Shown here: piece by piece, positions 62,391 to 64,000 of the stretch
Layout: each line of letters opens with the position of its first letter
Position numbering within the stretch: the stretch's first letter is position 1
Source of the DNA: a virus
Direction: 5' to 3' (one strand)
IMG/VR virus record: IMGVR_UViG_3300045988_100160
Coordinates: 1-64,000 of that record
Length of the DNA stretch: 64,000 bases
Notes under the pieces: model-generated
Told to the model about the DNA's origin: nothing
The model's database searches: none
Seen by the model: the letters and a program-made list of their open reading frames with translations, nothing else
Position numbers and translations under genes: made by a program

Positions 62391-62953
62391 AACTATGTTG
62401 AAAAAGATTGTCTATACGATACACAATCCTAGTAGGATGCAACCCTAGTACCATGTCACAAACTTATAATAACGCTATACTAGGAAAACATATATCAGAA
62501 AACATAATCATCATACTAGGGTTTACGTTTTATAGAAATTACATAAGTTACCCTGTGTGCAACTATAAAAATTTCTACAAAAATTTTAAACGATTGTATT
62601 TTCGATAGACAACCCTAATTGGAAAATACGATTGTTCCATATGATGTTTCATATCTTAGACAATCAATAAGAACGATTGTTTTCTCGATAGTTTTTGCGA
62701 TTGCTTTCTACATATGTCATATGTTCGTATGTATGAAACCATAGATAAAACAAGGGTTTGTAGACCATTGTATGTTATGGGGTATGGAACATTTGTATGT
62801 GCGTGACAAGTTTGTTCATATGTGTTGACTGTGGTATGGTCTTTTGTATGGTCTTGGGTTTGTTATGATTATACCGCCCCCAGTTGAGAATGGTTCTCCC
62901 TTTTGGATATTGAAAATTTTCGATACGCCTAGGGGTGTCTCATTGGTTCATAT

Positions 62954-62965
62954 GAACACATGTTC
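62954..62965. promoter_or_regulatory. LexA-type box GAACACATGTTC
   Basis: Fits GAAC-N4-GTTC. Embedded in TTCATATGAACACATGTTCACATATG. Confidence 0.5.
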
Positions 62966-63110
62966 ACATATGCACCATACTAGGGTTAGTCAATCAATCG
63001 AATAGTATCAATGTAATAGAATATCCATTATCATTCATTCATTATCATTTGTATTCTCAATATGTAGATATCCTAGATAGACAAATGTCGATATATATGT
63101 TTGTACATAT

Positions 63111-63122
63111 GAACATTTGTTC
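63111..63122. promoter_or_regulatory. LexA-type box GAACATTTGTTC
   Basis: Fits GAAC-N4-GTTC. Embedded in ACATATGAACATTTGTTCATGTG. Confidence 0.5.
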
Positions 63123-63638
63123 ATGTGTCAGCTAATGGTTTACAGTTGGGTAACATATGAGCAGATACTCATGTATGCACCATATGCATTATACTCATGA
63201 TTTTTAGTAATGTTTGTTATTGGTGTTTGGCTGGTGGTGGTTACAATTGTATTTTATAAAATGTATTTTGATTGGGTATATCAATAGGGTTTGAAAATTC
63301 TGTAGTACACATCAAACCCAAGTCCCCACCCTAGTAGCCTACATACGCACCACCACACACGCACAATAGACATATACATACGTCTATACATCTGTTACAT
63401 ACATTAATTATACATATGTATAAACCAAATAAAAATACAACGGTATACATCAATCGTATATAACCGTTATATTTTGCGTTGTATGGTCTTTTGTTTTCGT
63501 TGCATATGTTTATATTCGAAAGTCTTTAAACGCACCATATAACTCAAATAACGCAATTGTATTTTCTCATTTAGGTAAACATATTGAGAATACCAGCGTA
63601 TATATGAATGGTTGTTCATATGATAGATATAAATATAA

Positions 63639-63663
63639 GCGGTACAGAATTGATCTGTACCGC
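63639..63663 (-). terminator. hairpin terminator after CDS 63674..63997
   Basis: GCGGTACAG/CTGTACCGC 9-bp stem with T-rich flanks on both strands. Confidence 0.6.
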
Positions 63664-63673
63664 TTGTTATTGT

Positions 63674-63997
63674 TTATAGATTTAAGTTATTCGCTATTAG
63701 ATTTTGGTAACAAATATATAATTCATGTTCAAGGAACGGCAACCATTTATATTTATCTGCTTTCTTTAAGGTTGACTCATATAAGTCTATAATTTCATTC
63801 ATGACATACACTCTATATTGTGGCGTGCGATCAAATTCAGTTTGTTTATATCGTGGCTCGTATGAGTTATATCTTGACTCTTCAACTAAAACTAATAATC
63901 TTTCTTTTTCTTTGGTTAGCTTGCCACTTTTGGCGTATGCTTGTAGTGTATCAAGGATAACGTATTTTGTGTATGATATTGAAATAGTAAAACTCAT
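63674..63997 (-). CDS. hypothetical protein (107 aa)
   Basis: ORF track. Followed by a terminator. Confidence 0.5.
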   Translation of the reverse strand: MSFTISISYTKYVILDTLQAYAKSGKLTKEKERLLVLVEESRYNSYEPRYKQTEFDRTPQYRVYVMNEIIDLYESTLKKADKYKWLPFLEHELYICYQNLIANNLNL

Positions 63998-64000
63998 CTT

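Noticed and set aside
62408-62608. 66-aa plus-strand ORF in the CTAG-motif region
   Set aside because: Non-ATG start, no RBS, runs through several motif copies, and the peptide is implausible.
62150-63340. Possible CRISPR array or mini-array in the repeat-rich right block (also considered for 32120..32360)
   Set aside because: The repeats are only 8-15 bp, degenerate and irregularly spaced. There are no 25-40-bp identical direct repeats with unique spacers.
1-64000. Whether the window is a closed circular genome (joining 64000 to 1)
   Set aside because: Joining the ends lets the partial ORF 1..256 terminate about 45 nt into the right end, which is possible. It would then overlap the start of CDS 63674..63997 by about 40 nt, and nothing in the sequence proves contiguity. 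Left undecided.

Overview
AT-rich, very tightly packed dsDNA tailed-phage (siphovirus-like) genome segment, transcribed almost entirely on the minus strand. Start and stop codons often overlap (ATGA, TAATG) and Firmicute-type AGGAGG ribosome-binding sites are common. Reading right to left: small and large terminase, portal, protease-scaffold fusion, major capsid, neck proteins, major tail protein, -1 frameshifted tail chaperones, a 1658-aa tape measure with a lysozyme-like domain, lambda K/M/L/J-like tail-tip proteins, a collagen-motif fibre and a lysis cassette. A DnaE-type polymerase follows on the plus strand, then SSB, primase, DnaB-like helicase, two intact DNA methyltransferases and a third methyltransferase-like gene broken by an in-frame TAA. 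Next come a tRNA operon, a Cas4-like nuclease, dNMP kinase, RusA, a secreted 3D-domain hydrolase, dUTPase, a metallophosphoesterase, a complete YadA-type trimeric autotransporter adhesin, ThyX and about 30 small early ORFs. A catalytic-domain-only tyrosine recombinase sits alone on the plus strand. More than 4 kb at both window ends (about 370-1400, 2070-3400, 61630-63640) has no credible ORFs but is dense in motif families, including repeated Firmicute LexA-type boxes (GAAC-N4-GTTC), CTAG-core motifs and a 24-bp perfect palindrome. Several consensus sigma-70 promoters (TTGACA-17-TATAAT) and hairpin terminators divide the minus strand into units. I infer a diderm Firmicute host (Negativicutes, possibly Veillonella-like) from the outer-membrane adhesin with a post-anchor coiled coil combined with Firmicute-style expression signals. 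This is inference only. All calls come from reading the sequence and ORF track by eye; no searches were run.
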